DNA from: Rozella allomycis CSF55
Lineage: Eukaryota
DNA length: 64,000 nt
Assembly: GCA_000442015.1 (NCBI GenBank)
Contig: KE561130.1
Location: 1 to 64,000, forward strand
Direction: 5' to 3'
Shown here: positions 25,884 to 39,501 of the stretch, in pieces
How the letters are laid out: every line of letters begins with the position of its first letter
Numbering within the stretch: the first letter of the stretch is position 1
The notes under the pieces: generated by a model
What the model was told of the DNA's origin: nothing
Seen by the model: the letters and a program-made list of their open reading frames with translations, nothing else
Databases searched by the model: none
Translations under genes and position numbers: made by a program

Positions 25884-27606
25884 TTATTTATCATTTTGAT
25901 TTTGATTATTATCTTCAATTTGACTTTCATTCTTAACTTCCATTTTATCTGCATTCATGTTTTCATCCTCTTTGTCATTTTTATCTGCATTTTTATTTTC
26001 ATCTCCATTTTCATCCTCACTTTCAGTTAGATTTTCATCGTCAGTCTCCGACTTTTTGCCTGCCCCCTTCTTCTTTTGATTTTGATTCTTTTTTGTTAAA
26101 TTTAAAAATCTTCTTGACACCATATTATCTGTTCTATTTCCGAGTTCTTTTGCGATTAGTGACCATTTTCCAGGGCCGTATTTCTCAGCAGCTGCCAAGA
26201 GAGCTTTATCTTCCTCAGGAGTCCAGGGTGAATGAACTAATGAATTATCTAAAATATTAACATATCTTTCTCTGCATTGAACATCAGTCTTTCCAGGTAC
26301 ATATTGTTGTATCTGAAACCAATTTTTAGTTGAAAACATATCAACAGCAGCAAGTAGCCACTTGAATAAAAGAAGATCATATTATTTACTTGAGTTTCTA
26401 ATTCGGTCCACCTTCCCCTTTTGATGTCTGGACGAATACATTTCAGCCACCTATGTAAGCATTGTTGACCCATGCGACCAGGGATAAGCGATGAAATTTC
26501 TTGCCAATTCCCTTCGCCAAACATTTCTATTCCTTTCTTCATCAAATCATCTTCAGCCTCTGACCACTTTCCTTTTAGCAAAGTTTTGTTAAGCTTTCTT
26601 TGAAAATGAATAAAGCATGCTGAAGAAGTTCTATTAGTTCCTAGTTCTTCAGCAATTTTTGCCCAGTGCCTAAACTTATGCTTGCCGGCTAAGGAAAGAA
26701 GAGTAGTTTCTTCTTCTTTAGTCCATTCAGAATGATTGATAGCAGGATGAAGATGAACAGTCCATCGGATTAAACAATCATGCGGTGTTCTCTTGGGCAG
26801 GTGGGAACTTATTTCATTCCAATCTAATCCGAAAATGTTAAACTCAAAATTTTTTTGGTCCATAGTAGATATTTCATTCATTATTCCTTTCAATTCTTGT
26901 AATATATGTTTGTCGCCTTTCTTGTCTAAACCTTCCAGGCTATTAATGTTATACTTTCTATGAATTCTATGTTTTTATAGAAAGTTAAAATTACTCTTGA
27001 ATGGCAAGATCCATCATTAGTTTATAATTTTGGATTCGAATACTTTTGCTGAGAATTTTATCCTCTTCAAAACGCCCTTTATTAATATTATATGAATTTT
27101 TATTACATTTTGTCGACCTTAGAATCAGCGGCTCTTCAATTTCTTTCTCCATTTTTATATAAGAATCTGGATTTAATTCAGGCACTTTACCTTCAGGATC
27201 CCGAAAGTAATGAGGAACCTCAAAGTCATTATGAGATCGAGAATCATTTTTCAAGTGCTTTTTAATCAATAAATCATTCAAGTAAACCTTATGGGATGCT
27301 AATATTTTTGAATACTTGAAGTTCGTGGACTTTTGCTATACTCTCTTGCACAAATAGCTTCCTTTGCTCAAGAAGTCGCTGTAGTCGTCTATTGTTGGAC
27401 AAAAGTTTTTCAAAATCATTCTCAAAATTGTGATCCAAAGGAGCTAAATTATCCTGACGGTCACCAAAAAGTGGCTCGAGATCTACATTGGTTTCCCATG
27501 GACAAATGTCATAGTGGGAGGAACCAGATGGCTTTTCTGAATCTTGAAAATTTAGGGCCAAGGCTCTCTCTCTATCTAAAACGTTTGAACACTCGTTTCC
27601 GTACAT
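25884..27606 (-). CDS. Multi-repeat Myb protein, SNAPC4/SNAP190-like
   Basis: About 4.5 Myb repeats with SNAP190-like LDWNEIS..HPAINHSEWTKEE..WAKIAEELGTNRT; PHYFRD upstream. Confidence 0.75.
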
Positions 27607-27675
27607 TCGAGTTATGGGTTTTTTTCAGAGGGTGGCTTGGCAAGTCAAGACAATAAAGAATATTTATTTATGCTA

Positions 27676-28632
27676 TCAATCAGGTGTTAAAGGGGGTAGC
27701 ATTGCGCTACAAAGGGCTAGATCATGCAGTTTTGAATGAGATTTGAAATACATGGAGTTGTCAGGAGTTGCTGAATTTTTCTTTGCCAACGGATTAATAA
27801 GCTGATTAATAAGAGGCATCGGTATGTTTTCACTATGTTTCTTTACCGAAGATTCACAAACATCACAAAGTGAATCTTTTGAAGTAGAACCTGTGAGCCC
27901 TTTGCATTTTATGTTACGAAATGAACGGAATGCAGTACTCTGAAAAATAAAATCTTTTGAGAATTGAATAGTATGAGGAGCGTATTCCAAAGGGACTCCT
28001 CTACATAACTGAATATGCGGATTTGTAACAAACGAAATGACCGAATTTAAATGTTCCAAATCCTTCAGATTTCCTTTTTCATATATGTATTCATCATTGT
28101 AGCACCTAATTTCATACTCACGGAAAATTGTTATTTTCACTCTAACGTTATAATGAACAGCAAAAGATTTATCTGGGTGAAAAATAGTATTAATATGATG
28201 GTAAGGTATGACAATCATGTATGGATAGCCTTTACTTTCCAGTTCATACTCCAGAAAGCATGTTAAAGAACCTGCATATTTGGAGGTCAAGTAACAAAAT
28301 GCTGTGGCTAATTGCTTTTTTAACTCCATTCTAAGAGCGGAAAATTGGTTGATTTTAGCCATTGATGATAATCCTTTCGAATTGCGATAAGCGGCAAGCA
28401 TAGCCCAGCCTTTATTCAATCTTCTTGATAGCCTTATAATTTTTAATCCTGCTGAATTATGCTTTCTCCAAAATCTCTGAATTGTAATAGCTGCTGTCTT
28501 CTCTTTCAAGGCTCGCCTGTAGCGCAACAAGGGTACTTTATGTCTAAACCATCTCTGAATTTTTATCGCTGCCACTATTTGTGCATATTTTCTCTTCAAA
28601 ATATGTGGTGCCGTAAAATTTTCGACTACCAT
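27676..28632 (-). CDS. Intronless IQ-motif protein of unknown function
   Basis: AAIKIQRWFR and AAITIQRFWR IQ motifs; Cys-rich C-terminal half; start approximate. Confidence 0.7.
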   Translation of the reverse strand: MVVENFTAPHILKRKYAQIVAAIKIQRWFRHKVPLLRYRRALKEKTAAITIQRFWRKHNSAGLKIIRLSRRLNKGWAMLAAYRNSKGLSSMAKINQFSALRMELKKQLATAFCYLTSKYAGSLTCFLEYELESKGYPYMIVIPYHHINTIFHPDKSFAVHYNVRVKITIFREYEIRCYNDEYIYEKGNLKDLEHLNSVISFVTNPHIQLCRGVPLEYAPHTIQFSKDFIFQSTAFRSFRNIKCKGLTGSTSKDSLCDVCESSVKKHSENIPMPLINQLINPLAKKNSATPDNSMYFKSHSKLHDLALCSAMLPPLTPD

Positions 28633-28752
28633 ATGTGGCTTATATTTTTTAACGTTTAAATATAGCAACTTGCATTATTTTTACCCGACAAAATAAGAAA
28701 ATATGTAGTTCGACGATGTTTAATTTTCGGATATTAAACTCCGCTATTGCCC

Positions 28753-29997
<1,245 letters not shown>

Positions 29998-30113
29998 ATC
30001 CAAATGCGGATTTATAACGCTTTATTAATAAATATTAGATTTTGTAACTACTATCATTGCTATTTTCAGTTGATATAATTTGGGTGGTTTAAGCAACTCA
30101 GCCACCATAAAAA

Positions 30114-31730
30114 ATGAAGTCAAGTGTAAATTATAAGTTTTATTGTTATTACAGGAAATAAAGGCGGTCAAGGACAAAAAATTAAAATCAAAGCTCAGGA
30201 AAACGGAGAAAACTATTAGGAATTGTGTTGCAGATGAGATTCGAGCAGAAATATTGTATGCAACCGAGGATGCTGGATATTTGGAAGCTGAAGGAATGGA
30301 AAAAACATTTAAATTTTCGCAGGAAAATATTCAAGGTCATTTGGATCTTAATTCTCAAAGAAAAGTATTTGATCTTTCATTGGAAGACGGGCCATATAGA
30401 TGCAAATATTCGAGAAATGGAAAGTAAAAAAATCTGTTTAAGATGAATAGATTTGTTCTTTTAGCTGGTAAAACAGGGCATATAGCCTCATTCGATTGGA
30501 AAGCTGGTAAACTTGGATGCGAGACTAATGTTGAAGAGCAAGTGAGGGATGTGACTTGGTTGCATAACGAAATGTTTTATGCGGCCGCGCAGACTAACTA
30601 TGTCTACGTATACGACCATACTGGTTCAGAAGTGCACTGTTTAAGAAAGCATACAGATGCAACGAGACTTGAATTTTTGCCATATCATTTTTTATTGGCT
30701 TCAGTGGTACGTTTTAATGATTTTTAGTATTACAGGGTAATGCGGGATATTTGAGATATACGGATACATCCACAGGAAAACTGGTATCTGAAATACGAAC
30801 AAAACTTGGCCCATGCAAAACAATGACACAAAACCCATCCAACGCTATAATTCATTTGGGACATTCTAACGGGACAGTAACCTTCTGGTCTCCAAATACG
30901 AGCATTCCAGTGGTTAAGATGTTGTGCCACAAAGGCCAAGTTAAAAGCTTAAAAATTGACCACAGCGGAAATTACATGGTTTCCAGTGGATTGGACGGTA
31001 CGATGAAAATTTGGGATGTGAGAACATTTAAAGAATTGTTTTGTTATTCTCATATCCAACCATTGTCAAGTATAGACATTTCTCAACGGGGATTGTTGGC
31101 TGTTTCTCATGGGCCTTACGCTAATGTTTTTAAAGATTGGCAAACTGGATATCAAAAGAATCCTTATTTGAGTGAAATGAGATCTGGATGCGTGGTGGAT
31201 AATTTATCTTTCTGTCCTTACGACGACGTACTTGGTGTTGGCCATGAAAAGGGATTTTCTTCATTTATCGTACCAGGCTCAGGAGAACCAAATTACGATG
31301 GTTTTGAATCCAATCCTTTTGAGACCAAGAAAGCTAGAAGAGAAGGTGAGGTTAAAAAGATCCTTGATAAGGTATACAACTCTTTTCTATTATATAGATT
31401 CAACCAGAAATGATTTCATTAGAGGGAAGCTTTGTTGGCACAATTAAATTGGATCGTGAGGAAATCGGTCATAAGAAAGCAAAGCAAACGTTTGAAGCCA
31501 ACAACGATGAAGAATACCAACGCCCGATTAAAAAACGTGAACACAATATGACGGGTATTCGAAAAAAACTAAAAAAGAGACAAAACATCATTGATGCAAG
31601 AAAAGAAAAACTTCGTGAAGAAATGAAACTCGCAAGGAAAGAATTGCGACAAAAAGACAATGTGGAAATTTCACAACCTAAACCAAAGAAATACTCTCCA
31701 TTCGATAGATTTGTTATGAAAAAGGCTTAA
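30114..31730 (+). CDS. UTP7: SSU processome WD40 protein (WDR46)
   Basis: AGYLEAEGMEKT, YSRNG, LEFLPYHFLL, VPGSGEPNYD..E.NPFET. Confidence 0.92.
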
Positions 31731-31802
31731 TAAAAGTTTTATTGCTATAAATTATCACGTAAATTGATTTATAGTTCTATTTCACGACCCTGGTCACAAC
31801 AC

Positions 31803-32149
31803 ATGGACTACGAGCAAATTGAAGACCAAGACCAAATAAGATTTAGCTGGAATGTGTGGCCACCAAATAGAGTGGAGGGGGCAAAACTAGTTGTTCCTAT
31901 TTCTGCGCTGTATAGCCCTTTGAAGAAGCCAGTGGTACCACTTCCTTATGAGCCTGTAATGTGCAAGAGTCCTTGCAGGGGAATATTGAATCCCTATTGG
32001 TAACTTTTATAGTGTGTTGATATGGCTAGTCAAGTGGATCAAAACTCTCGTATGTGGACATGTGCATTGTGTTTGCAAAGGAACGCACTTCCACCACATT
32101 ACAAGGATATTGGGACGCAACATTTACCAGCTGAATTGCTGCCACAATT
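31803..32149 (+). CDS. SEC23: COPII Sec23, 5' part (zinc finger)
   Basis: [36 protein letters not shown]; cut by N at 32150. Confidence 0.92.
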
Positions 32150-32423
32150 NTCTAGCTTTTCTTTTAATGCTAACCACAATGATCATGGGAACATTAGTAA
32201 CAAGAATAAAACCTTTGGAAACGTCCGTAAAAGCTGGAGTCAAGAATTTTAAAGTAACAAAACATTTTTCTTTGCACTAGATGGTAGTACGATCGAACAA
32301 TGTTTAATTTTAACATTGCATGTATCAAAAATAAAATTCCAGTCTCTAATTTCTTAACTTCCAAATTTGTCGAATCAATTGAATAAAATTTGTCAAACAA
32401 GATCTAAACTTTAATTTCCGAAA

Positions 32424-33611
32424 ATGAGGTATAGAACTATCACCAGACTCTCATTCTTTGGAGTAGTTTTCTTTTTGTTTCTATATTTTCAAAATCATAT
32501 TGTAAAATTGTACTTGTTCTCATATTATCATCTTAAACATAATCTATATTCTAAAAAATGGATATGTTCTACTACCAAGCCTATCAATCTTCAGTTCTCC
32601 AATATTACTCATTTCTACATACATTGGGAAAGTAATTGTCATTCAGGCACCTTGACAGCCAAAGTGGAATCTGAGAAACAAATCGTTAATGTCAATGTTC
32701 TTTCAGAAGATTTGGAAGGAGGTTTCATGCATTATTTCTTTTATGTCCCACAGGCGTTGCTACAAAGTGACTCGATTCTTAGCATTTTGGATCAATCTGA
32801 AAAAGTTATTCAAAAGCAAACTTTTCATATCACCCAAGCTGAAACATTTAGAGTCGGTTTCATTGCTGATAATCAATTTATTTATAGCAAGTTTTACAAG
32901 ATCTGTCGTTTATTGTCTAGTAAAAAGCCGAATGTAATTATACATGGTGGTGATTCGATTCAAGATTACTGGAAGATGCATCAATGGTCAACTGATTACT
33001 ATAGCCCAATATTACACGCTTCAAAAGATTTATTTAAAATACCATGGGCGATGGTATTGGGAAATCATGAAGCCACTTCATCATTTGTACCTCCATATCA
33101 TCATGAAAATCGGTGGTATTCGTTTAGCCAAAGAAATGCATACTTTATTGTATTAGATAGTAACAGACAAAGCGATAAACGTCAGTACGAATGGTTTATT
33201 CAAGAGATATCAAGCATAACGTTTAAAAAGGCAACATTTAGGGTAGTCATAGTGCATATTCCACCATTTATTGAGTATTGGGAACCAGAAGCATGGAATA
33301 GAGGAGAATCAGAGTGGAATAGAATACTGCGCGAAAAATATGTTCCCTTGTTTGTGAAATCTAGGGTGGATATTGTATTATCAGGTCATCAACATAATTA
33401 TCAGAGAGGAAAGCGAAATGGAGTAACTTACTTCATTGCAGGTGGTGCGGGTGGTGATTTGGATACACAGAGGGTTCATGATTGGAATATGTACGAAAAA
33501 ACGGTTTTAGATCATCATTTTCTAATGTTGGACATTTATGCGAATAAATTAACGATAACAACGTATGACATAAATAACAAGATCGTTGATGAGGTTAAAA
33601 TTGAAAAATAG
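32424..33611 (+). CDS. Calcineurin-like metallophosphoesterase (purple acid phosphatase-like) with N-terminal membrane anchor, intronless
   Basis: ADNQ, GGD, GNHE, HIPP, GHQHNY motifs. Confidence 0.85.
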   Translation: MRYRTITRLSFFGVVFFLFLYFQNHIVKLYLFSYYHLKHNLYSKKWICSTTKPINLQFSNITHFYIHWESNCHSGTLTAKVESEKQIVNVNVLSEDLEGGFMHYFFYVPQALLQSDSILSILDQSEKVIQKQTFHITQAETFRVGFIADNQFIYSKFYKICRLLSSKKPNVIIHGGDSIQDYWKMHQWSTDYYSPILHASKDLFKIPWAMVLGNHEATSSFVPPYHHENRWYSFSQRNAYFIVLDSNRQSDKRQYEWFIQEISSITFKKATFRVVIVHIPPFIEYWEPEAWNRGESEWNRILREKYVPLFVKSRVDIVLSGHQHNYQRGKRNGVTYFIAGGAGGDLDTQRVHDWNMYEKTVLDHHFLMLDIYANKLTITTYDINNKIVDEVKIEK

Positions 33612-33635
33612 AAATAAATAGAAGAATTTATTTTG

Positions 33636-35318
33636 TCAAACATTTTCGATACTTTCATTTCTTTGAATAAGCTTTTTATATTCATCAAAAATGATTCTTA
33701 AATCTTTCATTCGTAGATCTTCAAATTCTACGTTTACATATTTTTGGGAATGATTATTATCGAATTTCTAATTAACCATCATTTAAAATTATTACTTTCA
33801 TCAATTGTTTTTCATCAAGACTAATCGCTCTCAATCTAGCAGGAGTAGTCACTTTTTCCACGAGTTCATTTAAACTCCCTTTCACTGATCCTAGACGTTT
33901 TAAAAGCGATTGCGAACTAAAAGGACTAAATTTAATGCCTTGTTGTATTACGTTGTAAAAATTGGCTCTTCCAACTCTGAATTAGGTTGATTATCTTCAA
34001 CACCTGGCTTTGGATAGTTAACCGAATCTGCTTTCTCTGCGATTCAATTTATTTTGATTTAATAAAATTACTTTATGAATTCCTCTTTGCTTAAATTTAG
34101 ATGAGAATGATCTAAATTGACAAGGAATGCACAAGCAGCATGCATCGTAGTCAATGAATAAGAATCTTCACCTTTTAATAGATAATGATAACGCAAATTG
34201 TATAATAATCTTTTGTAAAATAAAACGAAGGTTACTCAATGATAGAAAATAGATCTGTTGGTTTAGAGAGTACGATAGTGTACACAAATAGAGGGAAAAT
34301 GGTATCAGCGTCAACGCTTGAATGGCTAGAAGCTGCAATTGATTCCATTAACTAATATAAATGTACTTACTAGAAAGAAATTTCGCACAAGCAACTATGG
34401 CTATTATCTTTCTTTGAAGAATTGAACTATTATATAAATCAAATAATACTTTCAGTAAAAGATTAATAATTTACTGCTTGAAGCTTTAAAACAAATATTG
34501 AATGCAATTTCATCACTTATTTCTCTTTGATCTTTCGTAGCTATAATTGAAAATTGATAATCTGAGAGAACAGTGGAAAATTTATATATTTTTTCGTCTT
34601 CGTCCTTGTATTTCAATCTGTAAAGATTCAAAACTTTTTTATAATGCTTTTTCATCAAGTATGCCTCGGCCACATTGAATATGTTGTCAGTTTCAACTTC
34701 TGTTGCGTCGCACCAAAAATTGGACTGTGATATTAACTTGTGTACATTCTAAAACATCAATTGAATGAAATTTCACTCTATAAAATGTCTGTATAGCTTC
34801 TGATATGACTTGAATATCATTAACATCGTCACCGTACAAATAATTCGAAAACCTGTGCATTTCATATGGAAATATTACTTTTTCATTTCTCTTACAATGT
34901 CGTGACTTCTAATATCTTTCAGCTTTGATATTACTTCTTCTTGAAGCCTCTTATCATCATTCATCCCGGTTGCAAGACTCTCCACTGAATTTCTATATTG
35001 CTGATTCTCCATAAATTTTTGAATCCCATTGACCAAAGAAACTGTAATATTTATTTCATCTAAAAGATGAACCTTCTCACTTTCTATTATTGCAAAAGAC
35101 ACGACTGACAATGGATCATTGCCCGTTGGAATATCAAAAATTGTTTTCCTGTTGGGACTCAAATCTTCGTAATCTCTATTAGATGTAATCATTCCAGTGA
35201 ATAACAATGAATTTCTTTAATTCTAGAACGGACTCAATTTTACCCATCTAATTGTGCCCTTTGACCCAACAGGGATATCAATTGATGGTCATTATTTGGA
35301 TTCTTTGCAAAAACAGAT
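33636..35318 (-). CDS. VPS9-domain Rab GEF (5' end truncated at N 35319)
   Basis: Spliced DADTIFPLFVYTIVLSKPTDLFS and GEDSYSLTTMHAACAFLVNL match the VPS9 signature. Confidence 0.72.
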
Positions 35319-35319
35319 N

Positions 35320-35582
35320 ATATCAAGATAAAATTGTTGTAATTGAATAGATAAGAAAATATTAAAGAGAGATCTATGAAAATATGATAACTTTAAAGTT
35401 GCTCTTTTTATCCAATCCAATTGAAATGCTTTACACTGTAAATGTAAAGGAATTAAACCCAGGCCACCCAAACACTTTGGTNACCCCCGAGACACTTTGG
35501 TCGAACTATTTTTTCGTAAGATAAGAGTGCCCTTTTATTATTCCATAAAAAAGATAAAGAAATTTTGACTATTTCATTTAGA
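35320..35582 (-). mobile_element. Fragment of L1/Tx1-type non-LTR retrotransposon ORF2
   Basis: FLWNNK...IVRPKCLGGLGLIPLHLQCKAFQLDWIKR, the typical post-RT FxW..PK..GGLG motif; bounded by N junctions. Confidence 0.7.
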
Positions 35583-35789
35583 NCCCTTGTGATTCCTCAA
35601 TCCTTAATGATACCTAACTACATGTTAAACCTAGATATCGGCTGCGTCATATGGTATACCAGCATGTACATACACATCAAGAAGTTCCAAGTTCGGATCC
35701 CAGTGATTAGCAACTAGCAATTAAAACTCAATTGGCCATTTATTTATTTCCTCTTCTTTTCGTATCCTTTTTCTTCCTATTGTATTCAC

Positions 35790-36413
35790 GATAATGTTAA
35801 AATATTTCCGAAAATTTTCGAATTTCGAAACTTTCCGAATTAATTAATGTGACAGTACTGAATAAGATAGTACTTAAATTAACCCATTACCCTACCCTAC
35901 CCTAACCTAACCCTTTACCCTACCCTACCCTAACCCTTTACCCTACCCTAACCCTATTACCCTAAACCCCAACCCTTTAACCTTTACTCTAACATACCCT
36001 AAACCTTAAAGTTTAAACCCTATCACTAAAGTCACGGAAATGGTGAAAGTCATTTTTTACATTNAGGAATACAACTGTATCATCTGCAAAAGAGATAATG
36101 TTAAAATATTTCCGAAAATTTTCGAATTTCGAAACTTTCCGAATTAATTAATGTGACAGTACTGAATAAGAAAGTACTTAAATAAACCCATTACCCTACC
36201 CTACCCTAACCCTTTACCCTACCCTAACCCTTTACCCTATCCTAACCCTTTACCCTACCCTACCCTAACCCTATTACCCTAAACCCTAACCCTTTAACCT
36301 TTACCCTAACCTACCCTAACCCTATTACCCTAAACCCTAACCCTTTAACCTTTACCCTAACATACCCTAACCCTATTACCCTAAACCCCAACCCTTTAAC
36401 CTTTACTCTAACA
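35790..36413. repeat. Two copies of a roughly 95-bp head followed by a degenerate telomere-like (CCCTAA/CCCTA/CCCTTTA) tract
   Basis: Copies begin gataatgttaaaatatttccg at 35790 and 36094; C-rich tracts at about 35881-36007 and 36185-36413. Confidence 0.85.
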
Positions 36414-37447
36414 NAAAAAAATAATCCATGCAGTGAAATATTAAAATATGCACTTTTCAATTTTAAATATATGAAACAAGTTAAAAATTTGTTAAATGGT
36501 AACAGATTCTCTATCTACAATATTCAATTCTAGGGCTGCTATTTGATTTGCAAGTATTTGCACTATTTGCAAATCAAATACAAATANCTTCTGAGCTTTC
36601 TTTTTTCGTCTGTATATTGGTCATAGGTTTACGAAAAATGATAAAACTGACTTAATCAATTCAATTCTTTTAATAAAGGTAGCTAAAATTTTTGTGGCTA
36701 TGCTTAATCTTACAGACTTATGCTTACAAAACTTTGTGAAGCTTAAATTACCATTTCGCGATATCTCTTTTGCATGTACAATAAGCTATGGGAAATATCT
36801 GCCAAAGATTTTATGTTTTCTTGATGAACCTTTCGCAATTGGAATTTTAGAGCTGTACGTGGGACTCAGGTNTTCAGAACATCTAATATACGAAGTAATA
36901 TTTATTTTCAACCCTTATAGTAAAGGTAATTGTTGAGATATACTATATAGGTGGAAGTTTTGTTACGGGCATGTTGGATTGCTCATTAATATGGCGCATT
37001 TGTGTCTAATTACAAATAAATAAAATTAAAATAATAAATTGTTATTTTATCTACTTTATTAGCGTTTTAGAGCCATAAGAATCGCTTGTTACACTTACTT
37101 TTGAGTCCCATAGTGTCAAGTGTAGCAAATCTTAAAAAGTATACAACGGATTAAAAAATTATATTAATTAAACGATAAAATTTATAGACAATAGACATTT
37201 ATTACAATATGATATAATTGAGATTCGGGATTCGCAGGAGGAAACTGGGTGAACGTCACGAGCGATAGAAGAAGGCTAACGACAAATTCACCCCGGGTGT
37301 GAGTGTGACACACCCCTTGTACAACTACCCATAGAAGAAAGCGGTAAAATGAATTCCTGAATGTTTTTGAAAATAGAGATTGATTATATTTTAGATGAAA
37401 TCACACTAATGTCAAAAAATGATAAAGATAGAAAAACTTGTTTTGTN

Positions 37448-39380
37448 ACACATGCATTGAAGAAGAGGAATTAGAGTCCCTTAAGCAATCACTGCTTGTA
37501 ACTATTGAAATGTTGCCACCATATGCGCTTGTTGGGTTAATTACGTTTGGGACGGTGATACAAATTCATGAGCTTGGATTTAACGAATGTCCAAAGTCAT
37601 ATGTATTTAGAGGGAGCAAAGAGTATAGCTCGAAGCAAATTCAAGAAAATTTAGGATTGCCAGTCGCGCCTGCCCCTGGTCAACCGATGAACGCATCTGG
37701 ATCAGCAAGGTAAATCTAAATTATGTTATGAATGTTTCAAGATTTCTTTGTCAGTTACAAGAATGTGAATTTAATTTAACAACAGCGATTGAACAATTGA
37801 AGAAAGACCCATGGCCAGTTGCCAATGACAAAAGACCGATTAGATCTACAGGTGGAGCGATATCATTGGCCATTGGACTTTTAGAAGCCACCTTTCCGAA
37901 TACTGGGGCTAGAATATTGGTATTTAACGCTGGTGCATGTACCCAAATTCCTGGGATTATTGTATCACCCGAATTGAAGGAGCCTATTAGATCACATAAT
38001 GATATTGAGAAGGATACGGCTTTGTATTATAGAAAGTCGTATAAATTTTATGAAGATCTTGCAAAGAGAGCAGCCACAAATGGACATACTGTAGATCTAT
38101 TTAGTGGCTGTTTAGATCAAGTTGGTTTGGCAGAAATGAGATCTCTTTCAGGGATGACAGGTGGTGTGATTGTTTTAGCTGATTCATTTGGAACTTCTCT
38201 ATTTAAACAGAGCTTGAGTAGATTGTTTGACAAGGATCAAGATGGTTTTCTATTAATGGGATTGAATTCATCATTTGAAGTGTTGACTAGCAAAGAGCTC
38301 CGAATTTCTGGGTTGATTGGATCTGCAATTTCTACTAATAAAAAGACGCCAAATGTTAGTGAAACTGAAATAGGAATTGGAATGACATCATCTTGGAAAA
38401 TCCCTGCGTTGGATAAGAGAACAACCCTTGCAGTGTATTTTGAAATGGCTCCACAAAATGATTCTAATGGGAGAGGCGTGATTCAATTTCACACTTTTTA
38501 TCAACACACAAGCGGTCAATTTAGATTGAGAGTCACAACTGTTGCTAGAAAGTAATTTTCTTATTCTCAATTTATGCTTAGCATCGTTGAAGCAACAAAC
38601 CCCCAAATTAATCAATCTTTTGATCAAGAAAGCGCTGCAGTTTTAATGGCCAGAATTGCTGTATACAAGGGTCAAAATGATGATGGCCCAGATGTACTTC
38701 GTTGGTTAGATAGAATGCTCATTCGCTTGGTAAAAATTTTTTCTCTGGTTTATTAGTGCCAAAAAGTTGGAGAATATCGTCAAGATGACCCAGCCTCATT
38801 TAGACTAAGCCACACTTTTAGTATTTATCCCCAATTCATGTTTCATCTTCGTAGATCTCAATTTTTACAAGTTTTCAATAATTCACCCGATGAAACTGCT
38901 TTTTATCGCCATGCAATCAATACTGAAGACACAAACAATTCACTCATTATGATTCAACCAACCCTCACTGCTTATTTAGTTGGTCAAGAACCCATGCCTG
39001 TTCTATTAGACGCATGTTCTATAAACCCAGAAGCAATTCTTCTTTTAGATACGTTCTTCCATATCCTCATCTGGCACGGTGAAGTCGTCGCTTCATGGAG
39101 AGATAATGGCTTCCTCGACAATCCTGACTATGCTCATCTTAAAGACTTTTTCGATGCCCCTCCTGCTGATGCTCAAGACCTTTTAATGGATAGATTTCCT
39201 CTTCCTCGCTATGTCGTTTGCGACCAAAATGGCTCTCAAGCTAGATTCTTGCTCTCTAAACTTAATCCATCACAAACTCACAGCAATAGTGGCACCTCTC
39301 AAGCAATATTCACTGATGACGTTAATCTTCAATCTTTCATGGATTATCTAAGAAAATTAGTAACAACCACTTCTTCTTAA
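37448..39380 (+). CDS. SEC23: COPII Sec23, 3' part (trunk, barrel, helical and gelsolin domains)
   Basis: [56 protein letters not shown]. Confidence 0.95.
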
Positions 39381-39501
39381 TAAATTCAAACTTTATTCTG
39401 CAAAACAAGTTTCCAAATTTTTATTAAATAAATTCTGAAAAATACAATACTTTGAGGCTAAGCTATTTTGACTGCGCCATATCACCAGGGTCGGTTTTTT
39501 C

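Noticed and set aside
35881-36413. True chromosome end
   Set aside because: Repeats are degenerate and internal, and copy 1 has non-telomeric sequence on both sides.
36588-36936. 80-aa ORF and nearby fragments in the N-stitched block
   Set aside because: Crosses an N junction and has no recognisable homology.
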